A stretch of DNA of 64,000 nt from Bacteroidales bacterium (GCA_049317265.1 JBMOIP010000001.1:140685-204684), one strand, 5' to 3'. Positions 1-10,725 are shown, numbered from the stretch's first letter. Made by a program: numbers and translations. Notes: generated from the sequence alone by a model not told the origin.

Positions 1-1
1 A

Positions 2-1714
2 CTGCTGCTCGGTATTGCCATTGTTATCCTGGTTAATATTATCGCAACGTTCCTTTTTACCAGGGTTGACCTCACTGCTGAAAAGCGCTACTCGCTGGCC
101 CCTGCAACCAAGAAACTGCTTAAAAAGCTCGATGATGTTGTTTTCTTCAAGGTTTATCTCACCGGCGACCTGCCTCCCGGATTTCAGCGGCTGTCGAATG
201 AAACCAGGGAGATGCTCGATGAATTCAGGGCTTACAGTGACAATATTCAGTATGAGTTTGTCAATCCTTCGGCCAATCCAAACGATAAAGACCGTAATGA
301 CGCATACCGGCTGCTTGTTGAACGCGGATTGCAGCCCACAGATTTAAGGGTTAACAAGAAGGGCGCTTCTTCCCAGCTCATTATTTTTCCCGGGGCCATG
401 GTCTCCTACCACGGAAAGGAGATCCCTGTTCAGCTGCTCATGGCACAATTGCAACAGGATCCGAACCAGGTGCTGAACAACAGCATCCAGACCCTGGAAT
501 ATAATCTTGCCAGCGCCATAAAAAACCTCACCACTGCTATCAAACCGAGAGTGGCCTTTATTGAGGGGCAGGGCGAACTTGACCAGTTGGAGACAATCGA
601 CCTGCAAAAAGGACTTTCAGAATTTTACAATGTCGACAGGGTAACGATCAACAACAAAATTACGAGCCTGGCCCTGCGGCTTAAAACCGATTCTTCGCAT
701 GATGTGCTGGTCAACAAATACCGGGCAATCATTATTGCTAAACCAACTAAGCCTTTCGACGAACGCGATAAATTCCTCATCGACCAGTTTATCATGAGGG
801 GCGGTAAGGTTCTATGGCTGATAGATCCGGTGTTTGCAAGCATGGACAGCCTTCAGAAGTACAACTCAACCATGGGCCTCCCGAATGATATCAACCTTGA
901 AGACATGCTCTTCAACTATGGAGTCCGCCTGAATGTGAACCTGGTGCAGGACCTCAACGCGTTGCCCATCCCGGTGAAAACGGGCATGATAGGGAACCAG
1001 CCGCAGTTCGATTACTTCAAATGGTATTTTTTCCCGGTTATTATGCCTACGGTGAAGCACCCGGTGGTGAACGGACTGAATGCCATTAAAACCGAATTCC
1101 TGAGTACCCTTGACACGGTGACTGCCCTGGGTGTGAAGAAAACCATCCTGCTTGAGACCTCGCCCTATGTGCGTACCGTCAATGTTCCGGCGCTCATCGA
1201 TCTGGAGATTCTGAAAAAACAGCCAAATGAACGGATGTTCAACCAGGGACCGCTGCCGGTTGCCGTGCTGCTGGAAGGGGAGTTCCCCTCCTCTTTCCTC
1301 TATCGCATTCCACCCAGCCTTGCCGATAATCCTGCCCTGGGTTTTAAAGCAAGGAGCAAGAAAACCAAGATGATCGTCATTGCCGACGGGGATATCGTAA
1401 AAAACCAGTTTCATTACAAACAGGGGTACCCGTTACCGCTTGGATTCGATCAATATACCAAGCAAACATTCGGTAATAAAGATCTTGCCCTTAATGTGGT
1501 CAATTTTCTGTGCGATGAAACCGGGCTGATCTCTGTGCGCTCCCGCGAACTGAAACTCAGGATGCTTGATACGGCCAGGGTTGCTAAACAGCGACTGTTC
1601 TGGCAGGTTTTAAACCTGTTGCTGCCCATCATCCTGATCGCACTTTTTGGTGTGGTCAAACAGCGGATGCGTAAACGTGCCTATGCCGGTCCGGTTAGAA
1701 AAAGTCAATTATGA
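2..1714 (+). CDS. gldG: GldG-like gliding-motility / ABC-transport auxiliary protein (5' end outside window)
   Basis: The reading frame is open from nt 2, so the ORF-track start at 212 is only the first internal Met. The N-terminal TM segment LLLGIAIVILVNIIATFLF is followed by TRVDLTAEKRYSL. The motif IIAKPTKPFDERDKFLIDQFIMRGGKVLWLIDP and a C-terminal TM helix (LLPIILIALFGVV) fit the GldG family layout as I recognise it. Confidence 0.7.
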   Translation: MLLGIAIVILVNIIATFLFTRVDLTAEKRYSLAPATKKLLKKLDDVVFFKVYLTGDLPPGFQRLSNETREMLDEFRAYSDNIQYEFVNPSANPNDKDRNDAYRLLVERGLQPTDLRVNKKGASSQLIIFPGAMVSYHGKEIPVQLLMAQLQQDPNQVLNNSIQTLEYNLASAIKNLTTAIKPRVAFIEGQGELDQLETIDLQKGLSEFYNVDRVTINNKITSLALRLKTDSSHDVLVNKYRAIIIAKPTKPFDERDKFLIDQFIMRGGKVLWLIDPVFASMDSLQKYNSTMGLPNDINLEDMLFNYGVRLNVNLVQDLNALPIPVKTGMIGNQPQFDYFKWYFFPVIMPTVKHPVVNGLNAIKTEFLSTLDTVTALGVKKTILLETSPYVRTVNVPALIDLEILKKQPNERMFNQGPLPVAVLLEGEFPSSFLYRIPPSLADNPALGFKARSKKTKMIVIADGDIVKNQFHYKQGYPLPLGFDQYTKQTFGNKDLALNVVNFLCDETGLISVRSRELKLRMLDTARVAKQRLFWQVLNLLLPIILIALFGVVKQRMRKRAYAGPVRKSQL

Positions 1715-2778
1715 AAAAGAACAGATCCATCTTTATTGTCTTCATCCTGCTGGCGCTTATCGCCCTGGGATTGTGGCTGACCCAGTCGTCAACCACCTTC
1801 CGCCGGTCCCTCAGCGATTTTAAACTTCTCGACTCTTCCAACGTCACGAGGATTTTCATCGCCGATAAAAACAACAACATGGTTACACTTGCCAGGGTGT
1901 CTCCCGGAAAGTGGACGGTGAACGAAGTATTTCCAGCCCAGAACCAGAGTATCAACCTTCTTCTGAAAACAATGGTGGAGCTTGAAGTTCAGCAGCCTGT
2001 GGCCAATGCCGCACACGACAACATTGTGAAAGAACTTGCAGTAAATGCGGTCAAGGTGGAGATATACCAGCAGGTATACCGCATCGATCTGTTTGGATTC
2101 ATCCGGTGGTTTTCTCATGAGAAACTTACAAAGGTCTATTATGTGGGTGGCGCCACCCAGAATAATCTCGGCAGTTTTATGCTGATGCAGGGTTCCTCGG
2201 AGCCTTTTATCGTTTTCCTTCCCGGATTCAGGGGATTTGTCTCTCCCAGGTACAGCCCCATCGAGAAGTACTGGCGTGATTACAATGTTTTCCGGAAAAC
2301 CATCCCGGAAATTGCAAAAGTGAGGGTAGAGATTCCTGCCAATCCCGGGTACTCATATGAAGTGAAAAACAACGGGAACAATAAGTTTGTCATGCTGTCG
2401 CTGAAGGACAATCTGGAGGTGCCAGATTATGACACCCTTAAGCTCCTTAACTTTTTGTCCGGATTCAGGAACCTGAACTATGAAGCGCTGTTGAATGACA
2501 TGGACAAGGTGCGGAAGGATTCGATCCTGAGATCGCAGCCATTTATCATCATCACCCTTACCGATACGGCCGGGGTGAGTAAGACCATCACCACCTATCA
2601 TAAAAAAGGGCCTGAGGGCCAGGTTGATCCGACTGGTATACCGCTCCCATATGACCTTGACCGGCTTTATGCCTCTGTAAACGACGGGAAGGATTTCACG
2701 ATCATCCAATATTTTACGTTTGACAAAGTGTTACGGCCCAAGCCATTTTTCATCAAGGATGGCGGATCTGCAAAATAG
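1711..2778 (+). CDS. DUF4340-like membrane-anchored protein, the usual partner of GldG-type proteins
   Basis: ATGA start/stop overlap with gldG suggests translational coupling. It has a single N-terminal TM helix (IFIVFILLALIALGLWL), and its size and position match the DUF4340 genes that commonly follow gldG-like genes. Confidence 0.45.
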   Translation: MKKNRSIFIVFILLALIALGLWLTQSSTTFRRSLSDFKLLDSSNVTRIFIADKNNNMVTLARVSPGKWTVNEVFPAQNQSINLLLKTMVELEVQQPVANAAHDNIVKELAVNAVKVEIYQQVYRIDLFGFIRWFSHEKLTKVYYVGGATQNNLGSFMLMQGSSEPFIVFLPGFRGFVSPRYSPIEKYWRDYNVFRKTIPEIAKVRVEIPANPGYSYEVKNNGNNKFVMLSLKDNLEVPDYDTLKLLNFLSGFRNLNYEALLNDMDKVRKDSILRSQPFIIITLTDTAGVSKTITTYHKKGPEGQVDPTGIPLPYDLDRLYASVNDGKDFTIIQYFTFDKVLRPKPFFIKDGGSAK

Positions 2779-2808
2779 TCTTCATACAGCGATTGGCACT
2801 TCGCAGTC

Positions 2809-4056
2809 ATGAATAAGGAGATCGTCAAATATCTTGCAGGCCGGTTTATTCCTGCCATCGTCAATGTGGCTGTGATCATTCTTGCCATACGCTTCCTTGG
2901 CCCGGTCGAATACGGGAAATATTCCCTGCTCATCTATTCAGTTGTATTGGTTATCACCCTTAGTTTTCATTGGGTGCAGGTAAGTATCCTCCGGTTTCTT
3001 TCTGGCATGCCAAAGGAGACCAACATTGTGATGAGCCGTTTTTTCGACCTCACCATTTTAAGCGCACTTTTTTCGACCCTGGTAGTTATTCTTATCGGAA
3101 TCTTCTATTTTCATCTTTCGCTGATGGAGCTTGTTCTGGTTTCATTGTTTGCATTTTTAAACCACTTCTATCTGTTTCACCAGGCCATCCTGCATGCCTA
3201 TCATAAGTCGGTCAGAACAGCCATCCTGGAGGGATCGGACCAGTTGCTGATGATGATAGTAGTTCTTGTTGGCCTGTTTCTTTTCCACTGGAAATCCTCC
3301 ATGTTGCTGTTCAGTTCGCTGGTGATCGGGTTGGTCGGGGTGTTGATTTTGCGTTCACTGACCAAAGTAAAGGGTTTGCTTACCGTTGATCTGAAACATC
3401 TTTACTGGGATTCCCGATTTTCTGCCAAGGTGGTTGAATTTGGCTATGGCATTGCACTATGGCTTTTCATGTCGCACCTGATGATGGCCATGGATCGTTT
3501 TATCCTCATGGAATACATGGGCTACCACGAAGCCGGTATGTATTCGGCGCTGAAGGATTTTCTCTATAAGGGCATCACCTTTGCAAGTTTCCCGATCTAC
3601 ATTTCTTACCATGCCAAGATTCTCGACAATTGGAACTCCCGGCACCGTAAGGATGCCTGGATATCGATCAAGGAGGCGCTTAGTTTTGAGTTGCTGATTT
3701 TCATCATTGTATTCATCGGCTTCATGGTGGTGAAGCAGATGTTGTTTGAGGAGGTGCTTAGAATTCCTGAAATGGATGTTTGGCTGGTCTATTTACCTTT
3801 GCTGCTGTCGGCATTTACCTGGCAGGTGGCCTTGTTGTTTCAGCGGTTTCTTGAGCTCTTTTTCCGGCCGGTCTACCTTCTTGCGGCGATCGGGGTCAGT
3901 GTTTTACTTAACCTGGTTCTTAACCTTATTTTTGTGCCGCGCTACGGGATGATGGCTTCTTCCCTTATCCTTCTGTTCACCTCGTTGATTTATGCTGGTT
4001 TTATTGTAATCCTCTCTTTTATTGCCGGGCAAAAACTTGCCAGGGAATTGCCATAA
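2809..4056 (+). CDS. Multi-pass membrane protein, oligosaccharide/polysaccharide flippase-like (MOP/Wzx superfamily)
   Basis: 415 aa and hydrophobic throughout, with about 12 predicted helices. The N-terminus (LAGRFIPAIVNVAVIILAIRFLGPVEYGKYSL) is typical of Polysacc_synt family proteins. Confidence 0.5.
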   Translation: MNKEIVKYLAGRFIPAIVNVAVIILAIRFLGPVEYGKYSLLIYSVVLVITLSFHWVQVSILRFLSGMPKETNIVMSRFFDLTILSALFSTLVVILIGIFYFHLSLMELVLVSLFAFLNHFYLFHQAILHAYHKSVRTAILEGSDQLLMMIVVLVGLFLFHWKSSMLLFSSLVIGLVGVLILRSLTKVKGLLTVDLKHLYWDSRFSAKVVEFGYGIALWLFMSHLMMAMDRFILMEYMGYHEAGMYSALKDFLYKGITFASFPIYISYHAKILDNWNSRHRKDAWISIKEALSFELLIFIIVFIGFMVVKQMLFEEVLRIPEMDVWLVYLPLLLSAFTWQVALLFQRFLELFFRPVYLLAAIGVSVLLNLVLNLIFVPRYGMMASSLILLFTSLIYAGFIVILSFIAGQKLARELP

Positions 4057-4062
4057 CAAAAA

Positions 4063-4088
4063 CGGGGACCCGGTTTCCCGGGCCCCCG
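4063..4088. terminator. GC-rich hairpin between convergent genes
   Basis: CGGGGACCCGG-tttc-CCGGGCCCCCG forms an 11-position stem with one mismatch. It lies between the stop at 4056 (+) and the stop at 4116 (-). Confidence 0.45.
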
Positions 4089-4115
4089 CCTGAATCAAAA
4101 TGAACTGGTCAGTTC

Positions 4116-5591
<1,476 letters not shown>

Positions 5592-5749
5592 TTATTTATC
5601 ATTCAATCATATAAGAAAATAACGTAAAGAAAATACGTATAACACGTATTTGAGATGCGGTATACACGTATCGCCCCCCTGGCAGTTGCATTTTTTAGAA
5701 AATATTGAAAATAGTAAGGTTATTTGTATGTCGTATTGAAAATTAATCT

Positions 5750-5757
5750 TATATTTG
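5750..5757 (+). promoter_or_regulatory. Candidate -7 box (TATATTTG) for the REC-only gene
   Basis: Matches TAnnTTTG. It overlaps the TTG start proposed by the ORF track (5755), which argues for the ATG at 5782 as the real start. Confidence 0.4.
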
Positions 5758-5781
5758 AGCACACCATTTACAACTTTTGCC

Positions 5782-6210
5782 ATGATTGGATTATTTTCAA
5801 TTGATGATCATTTTCTCATTATTGAAGGCCTTGGCCGGGCATTCAATGCTGAGACCGACGATGTTGGCCTTGTTGGTTCGGCTACCAGCGTCGCAGAAGC
5901 CATTAAACAAATACCAAAGTGCCGTCCGAACATCATTCTCCTCGACCTCTTCATCGATGATGCCGATCCTGTTGCAAATTTCAAGCAACTGCACAGCGCT
6001 TTCCCTGAAATTCCGATCGTCATCCTCTCCATGGAGGATTCAATGAGATGGCAGATCAAAATGTTTAAATTGGGCGTCATGGCCTTTTTAAACAAATCCG
6101 AGAAAAAAGAGACCCTTAGAAGCGTCTTCATACAGGTTGCACAGGGAAATATGGTCATGCCCGAGAAGGTATCCCAGTCCCTGATATCGAAAACCATCTA
6201 TCCTAAATAG
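5782..6210 (+). CDS. Stand-alone response-regulator receiver (REC) domain protein, NarL-like receiver with no output domain
   Basis: All receiver residues are present: the acidic pair in FSIDDH, the phospho-acceptor in IILLDLFIDD, Ser in VILSMEDS and Lys in FLNKSEKK. The protein ends after about 142 aa with no HTH. Confidence 0.7.
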   Translation: MIGLFSIDDHFLIIEGLGRAFNAETDDVGLVGSATSVAEAIKQIPKCRPNIILLDLFIDDADPVANFKQLHSAFPEIPIVILSMEDSMRWQIKMFKLGVMAFLNKSEKKETLRSVFIQVAQGNMVMPEKVSQSLISKTIYPK

Positions 6211-6246
6211 TTTAAATCCGGAGGTTCAGAAGAGGTAAAAAAGGAT

Positions 6247-6278
6247 TTTGAAAAGATGAAAAGATTGTGCTAATTTTG
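6247..6278 (+). promoter_or_regulatory. Candidate Bacteroidota promoter (TTTG-N20-TAATTTTG)
   Basis: TTTG at 6247-6250 and TAATTTTG at 6271-6278, 22 nt upstream of the ATG at 6301. Confidence 0.45.
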
Positions 6279-6300
6279 GCCCTTCATCCTATGATACCTC

Positions 6301-9300
6301 ATGTTGCTCTCCGACGAAAACATTAGCCCCGGGAATGTGAATCCCGAAACAATCGATTTGAAGCAACTGGTTTATGAAAACCAGGAGCGCCTCAAGGAGT
6401 TGGCTGCCATTAATGATACGTCGGTAATTATCAGGGCCGGAAAACCCATCCCCGAAACACTGAATGAGATTTGCCAGATATTGCCAAATGCGTGGCAATA
6501 CCCCGGACATACTGTCGCCCGGATCAGGTTTGAAGATATGGAGTTTACAACTCCCGGATTCGTGGAAACCCCATGGAAACAGGAACAACTCTTTGACACC
6601 ATTGATAACCTGCACGGAACCATCACGGTTTTTTACCTCAAAGAGTTCAGGGAGTGTGATGAAGGTCCCTTTCTGAAGGAAGAACGTAACCTGGTGATTA
6701 ACCTTGCCATCCTGATTGAGGGATACATCAACGGGGTAAAAGGCAGGGAAGGAAGGTACATCACCCGCGAACGGCTTAAGGAGCTGGCAGCGATCAACCA
6801 AACCACCGCGATACTTCGCACAGGTAAACCCATTGAAGAAGCGCTGCACCAGATTTGCCTCATCCTTCCCAAGGCATGGCAATACCCCGAATACACGGCA
6901 TGCCGGATCCGGTATGGCAACATCGAGGTAAAAACACCGGCATACCGGGAATCTGAGTGGTCACAGAAACAGGACTTTGAAACAATTGATAACCAGCATG
7001 GTTATATCCAGATTTGCTATCTGAAAGCATTTCAAACATCCTTTGAAGGTCCGTTCCTCGAAGAAGAACGCCACCTCATCATCAACCTTGCCAACATCAT
7101 CACCGGTTACCTCAACTCTGTTAAAGGACAGGCCATCCTACGCAGGACACAGCGTGAAACCAGCCAGCCCAAAGAGGACCCCTCCATCCCGGTGAAGTAC
7201 AGCCGGCAACTGCTGCAAACATTCCTTAACCGTACCAACTACAACCGCGACCTCTATCACGACCTGATGCCATTCAAAGTGAAGGAGATCCTGCTGGTTG
7301 CAAATTTGTATGATGCCTACAGCATCGAAAAAGAGGGGCGGTTTTCAGAACATGTCCTCGGTGAATTCTACTCCTTGAGTCTCAGTACGATGCCACGCAT
7401 CACCGGGGTTTCTACTACCACGGAGGTGATGGAACAGCTCAGCAACAAACACTACGACCTGATCATTGTAATGATCGGCTCTGACAAGCATTTCCCGCTC
7501 GATCTCAGCGAAAAGGTAAAGGAACTCTACCAGTATATCCCGGTTTTCCTGCTGCTCAACAGCAACTCCGATATTGCCGTGTATGAAGAGGAACCGGAAA
7601 AGCTGAGTTGCATCGACCGTATCTTTGTTTGGAATGGTGATTCGAAGATATTCTTTGCGATGATCAACTACCTGGAGGACAAGATCAATGTGGAGAACGA
7701 TACCAACATTGGCATGGTAAGGGTGATCTTGCTGGTAGAGGATTCTTCAAAATACTATTCGCTTTACCTGCCGATGCTCTACAACATCGTTCTGGAACAA
7801 ACCAAAAACATCATCGAGGATGTGACCACCGATGAGCTTTACCGCATCCTGCGGCTCAAAGCACGCCCTAAAATCCTGCTGGCATCAACCTACGAAGAGG
7901 CGATCTATATTTTCAACAAATACCGCGATAACATCCTGTGTCTCATTTCGGATGTCAAGTTTAAAAAGGATGGAAAACTGAATGATACCGCTGGATTCAG
8001 CCTGGTAAAGCAGACACGGAATGAACTGTACGACCTTCCCATTGTCCTGCAATCATCCGACGAATTCAATGCACAGAAGGCTTACGAGCTGAAAGCATCC
8101 TTTATCAATAAAAATTCGGAAACCCTCCTGGTCGACTTCAGGAGTTTTATCACGCATTACCTTGGTTTTGGGAATTTCATCTACCGTGACAAGGAGGGTG
8201 GACAAATTGCGGTGGCAAAGTCACTCAAGGAGTTTGAAGACCTGCTCAAGACCATCCCCGAGGAGTCGCTGCTATATCATGCCAGGAAGGACCATTTCTC
8301 CCTCTGGCTCATGGCCCGCGGGGAGATCCAGGTAGCCAAGATCCTCAATCCTGCTAAAGTCACCGACTTCAAAGATCCTGCGTCACTGCGTGAATACCTC
8401 TTCAATGTCATTCAGAATTTCAGGAATGAGCAGAACATCGGAAAGGTGATCCCGTTTGAAGAGTCGTGCATCATGGACGAGCACAACATCCTGGCGCTCA
8501 CTGAAGGAGCGCTTGGCGGAAAGGGAAGGGGTCTTGCATTCGTTAACACGCTGATATACAACTATGATTTTGCCAAGCATGTGCCGAATATCAACATCCG
8601 CACACCCAAAACATCCATCATCGGAACCGATGAATTTGAGTATTTCCTCGACCGGAACAAACTACGGGAGAAGGCTGTTTATGAATCCGATTACGATCAG
8701 ATCAAACGGTGGTTTATCGAAGGAAGGTTAACCGATACGTTGATCCGCAAGTTAAAACTAATCATCAAGCATCTTAATAAACCTCTGGCAATCAGGTCTT
8801 CCGGCCTTTTTGAGGATTCTCAGAACCAGCCATTTGCCGGAATTTTTGAGACCTACCTGATCCCCAACAACCATCCTGATCCTGCCATCCGGCTCGACCA
8901 GCTAATGGATGCCATAAAACTGGTTTATGCTTCCGTTTACTCCCCAACTGCCAAAGGTTATATCGAAGCGGTCAATTACCGCATCGAGCAGGAGAAGATG
9001 GCAGTCGTCATCCAGGAGGTAGTGGGTAACCGCTACCAGGATGTCTTTTATCCCCACATCAGCGGGGTGGCGCAATCATTTAACTACTATCCATTTGCCC
9101 ACATGAAGCCTGAGGAAGGCTTTGCTGTAGCCGCGCTGGGACTTGGCCGCTATGTGGTGGAAGGAGAGAAGGCTTTCCGCTTTGCGCCGATGTATCCGAA
9201 CCTGGAGATCAATTCAGCCAAAGACCAGTACAAAGGTTCGCAGGTCTATTTTTATGCCGTTGACCTTCAGAAACAGGATGTCAACCTGCTCGAAGGAGAG

Positions 9301-10179
9301 GATGCCGGGTTGCGGAAACTTGACATTTATGATGCCGAGATGCATGGCACCCTCAAACATCTTGCATCCGTATATTCCCAGGAGAATGACCGCATTTCGG
9401 CGGGGTTGCGCGACGCAGGGCCACGGGTGGTGAACTTTGCCGACATCCTGAAATACAACTACATCCCCATGGCGAAAACCATTGAGGTAGTGCTTGATGT
9501 AGTCAAAGAGGCCATGGGGTCGCCGGTGGAAATTGAATTTGCCATCGACCTCAACAGGGATGAAAATTATAAAGCCTCGTTTTACCTTCTCCAGATCAAA
9601 CCGCTGATCGGAAATGTAGCCGACTTTGTCATCGATATGGATAAGATCGATAAAGATGAAATTCTGCTCTATTCGGAAAAGGAGATGGGAAATGGGATGA
9701 TCGATACCATCGAGGAGGTGGTTTTTGTGGATCCTGACACGTTCGACAAGGGTAAAACCATAGAAATGGCCGAGGAGATCGAAAAGATCAACCGCGAGAT
9801 GGGGGCAGCCGGCAAAAAGTACATCCTCATCGGCCCCGGGCGATGGGGAACGCGCGACCGGTGGATCGGGATCCCTGTCGTATGGCCGCAGATCAGCAAC
9901 GCAAAGGTGATTGTTGAGACCAGCCTCGAAGGTTTCCCTCTGGACGCCTCCTCAGGCTCGCATTTTTTCCACAATGTCACCTCGATGAATGTGGGCTATT
10001 TTTGCGTTCAACCTGAACTTTCCGACAGTTTCATCCGTTACGATGTACTTAACCAGCAAAAAAATATCCGTAAAACCAACTATTTCACCATCGTAACATT
10101 CGACAAACCACTCACCGTGCGAATGGACGGAAAAAAACGCATCTCCGTCATCACCTGGCCCAACCCACTTAACACTTAA
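6301..10179 (+). CDS. Multidomain signalling protein: 2x WQYP-type sensor module, pseudo-receiver, receiver, then a PEP/pyruvate-binding (PPDK_N, ATP-grasp) domain
   Basis: PPDK_N hallmarks are present: LGGKGRGLAFVN, PLAIRSSGLFEDSQNQPFAGIFETYL and VEIEFAIDL...YLLQIKPL. The second REC has VILLVEDS, LISDVKF, VLQSSD and FINK. The first REC-like region (ILLVANLYD, DLIIVMIG) lacks the acidic pocket and the acceptor Asp. I saw no phosphohistidine swivel domain. Confidence 0.75.
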   Translation: MLLSDENISPGNVNPETIDLKQLVYENQERLKELAAINDTSVIIRAGKPIPETLNEICQILPNAWQYPGHTVARIRFEDMEFTTPGFVETPWKQEQLFDTIDNLHGTITVFYLKEFRECDEGPFLKEERNLVINLAILIEGYINGVKGREGRYITRERLKELAAINQTTAILRTGKPIEEALHQICLILPKAWQYPEYTACRIRYGNIEVKTPAYRESEWSQKQDFETIDNQHGYIQICYLKAFQTSFEGPFLEEERHLIINLANIITGYLNSVKGQAILRRTQRETSQPKEDPSIPVKYSRQLLQTFLNRTNYNRDLYHDLMPFKVKEILLVANLYDAYSIEKEGRFSEHVLGEFYSLSLSTMPRITGVSTTTEVMEQLSNKHYDLIIVMIGSDKHFPLDLSEKVKELYQYIPVFLLLNSNSDIAVYEEEPEKLSCIDRIFVWNGDSKIFFAMINYLEDKINVENDTNIGMVRVILLVEDSSKYYSLYLPMLYNIVLEQTKNIIEDVTTDELYRILRLKARPKILLASTYEEAIYIFNKYRDNILCLISDVKFKKDGKLNDTAGFSLVKQTRNELYDLPIVLQSSDEFNAQKAYELKASFINKNSETLLVDFRSFITHYLGFGNFIYRDKEGGQIAVAKSLKEFEDLLKTIPEESLLYHARKDHFSLWLMARGEIQVAKILNPAKVTDFKDPASLREYLFNVIQNFRNEQNIGKVIPFEESCIMDEHNILALTEGALGGKGRGLAFVNTLIYNYDFAKHVPNINIRTPKTSIIGTDEFEYFLDRNKLREKAVYESDYDQIKRWFIEGRLTDTLIRKLKLIIKHLNKPLAIRSSGLFEDSQNQPFAGIFETYLIPNNHPDPAIRLDQLMDAIKLVYASVYSPTAKGYIEAVNYRIEQEKMAVVIQEVVGNRYQDVFYPHISGVAQSFNYYPFAHMKPEEGFAVAALGLGRYVVEGEKAFRFAPMYPNLEINSAKDQYKGSQVYFYAVDLQKQDVNLLEGEDAGLRKLDIYDAEMHGTLKHLASVYSQENDRISAGLRDAGPRVVNFADILKYNYIPMAKTIEVVLDVVKEAMGSPVEIEFAIDLNRDENYKASFYLLQIKPLIGNVADFVIDMDKIDKDEILLYSEKEMGNGMIDTIEEVVFVDPDTFDKGKTIEMAEEIEKINREMGAAGKKYILIGPGRWGTRDRWIGIPVVWPQISNAKVIVETSLEGFPLDASSGSHFFHNVTSMNVGYFCVQPELSDSFIRYDVLNQQKNIRKTNYFTIVTFDKPLTVRMDGKKRISVITWPNPLNT
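6379..7128 (+). repeat. Intragenic tandem duplication of a ~125-aa sensor module (aa 27-154 and 155-276)
   Basis: NQERLKELAAINDTSVIIRAGKPIPETLNEICQILPNAWQYPGHTVARIRF...PFLKEERNLVINLAILIEGYINGVKG aligns with TRERLKELAAINQTTAILRTGKPIEEALHQICLILPKAWQYPEYTACRIRY...PFLEEERHLIINLANIITGYLNSVKG. By eye they are roughly 55-60% identical with no gaps. Confidence 0.85.
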
Positions 10180-10201
10180 TCACTTAACACTTAATCACTT
10201 A
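10166..10201. repeat. Tandem CACTTAA / CACTTAAT repeat (5 units; 15-bp super-unit x2.4)
   Basis: CACTTAA CACTTAAT CACTTAA CACTTAAT CACTTA is read directly. It contains the TAA stop of the upstream gene (10177-10179) and ends 6 nt before the ATG at 10207. Confidence 0.9.
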
Positions 10202-10206
10202 TTGTA

Positions 10207-10725
10207 ATGCGAATACCACGTATCAACACCAAACAAGAAGCCGTTAGCGGCGATGACCAGGACCTGAGCCTGCTGGATCCCATCATTGCAAAACATAAGG
10301 GAAAAAAGGGGAACCTCATCCCGTTGTTACAGGGAGCCCAGGAACTGTATGGCTTTATCTCGAAAGCCGCATTTGAAAAGCTGTCACGTGAAACCGGCAT
10401 TCCATTGAGCGACATGTTTGGGGTGGCAACCTTCTATGCCCAGTTCCGCCTCAACCCGGTTGGGAAAAATATCATTAAAGTGTGTCACGGTACGGCCTGC
10501 CATGTGCAAAATGCCGTCGAAATTACCGAATCGCTCGAAGAAATGCTGAAGGTGAAGGATGGAGAGACCACCGAAGACCGGTTCTTCACCCTTGAATCTG
10601 TCGCCTGCCTTGGCTGCTGCTCCCTCGCCCCGGTGATGATGATCGGCGACCAGACCTATGGCAAACTCACAGGCAATGAAGCTGTGAAAATCGTGAAGAA
10701 CATCAGGCTGGCCGAAAATAACTGA
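10207..10725 (+). CDS. NuoE/HndA/HydC-like [2Fe-2S] thioredoxin-fold subunit
   Basis: LIPLLQGAQELYGFIS, CHGTACHV and CLGCCSLAPVMMI give the four-Cys pattern of NuoE-type 2Fe-2S proteins. Confidence 0.85.
   Translation: MRIPRINTKQEAVSGDDQDLSLLDPIIAKHKGKKGNLIPLLQGAQELYGFISKAAFEKLSRETGIPLSDMFGVATFYAQFRLNPVGKNIIKVCHGTACHVQNAVEITESLEEMLKVKDGETTEDRFFTLESVACLGCCSLAPVMMIGDQTYGKLTGNEAVKIVKNIRLAENN

Noticed and set aside
15-347. ORF 15-347 (+) at the window start
   Set aside because: It is an alternative frame overlapping the gldG reading frame, which is open from nt 2 and has clear family similarity. Its translation has no recognisable features.
6301-10179. Calling the 1292-aa protein a PEP synthase or pyruvate phosphate dikinase
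   Set aside because: Only the N-terminal ATP-grasp (PPDK_N) part of such enzymes is recognisable. The swivel phosphohistidine and PEP/pyruvate TIM-barrel domains are not seen, and half of the protein consists of sensor and receiver domains.
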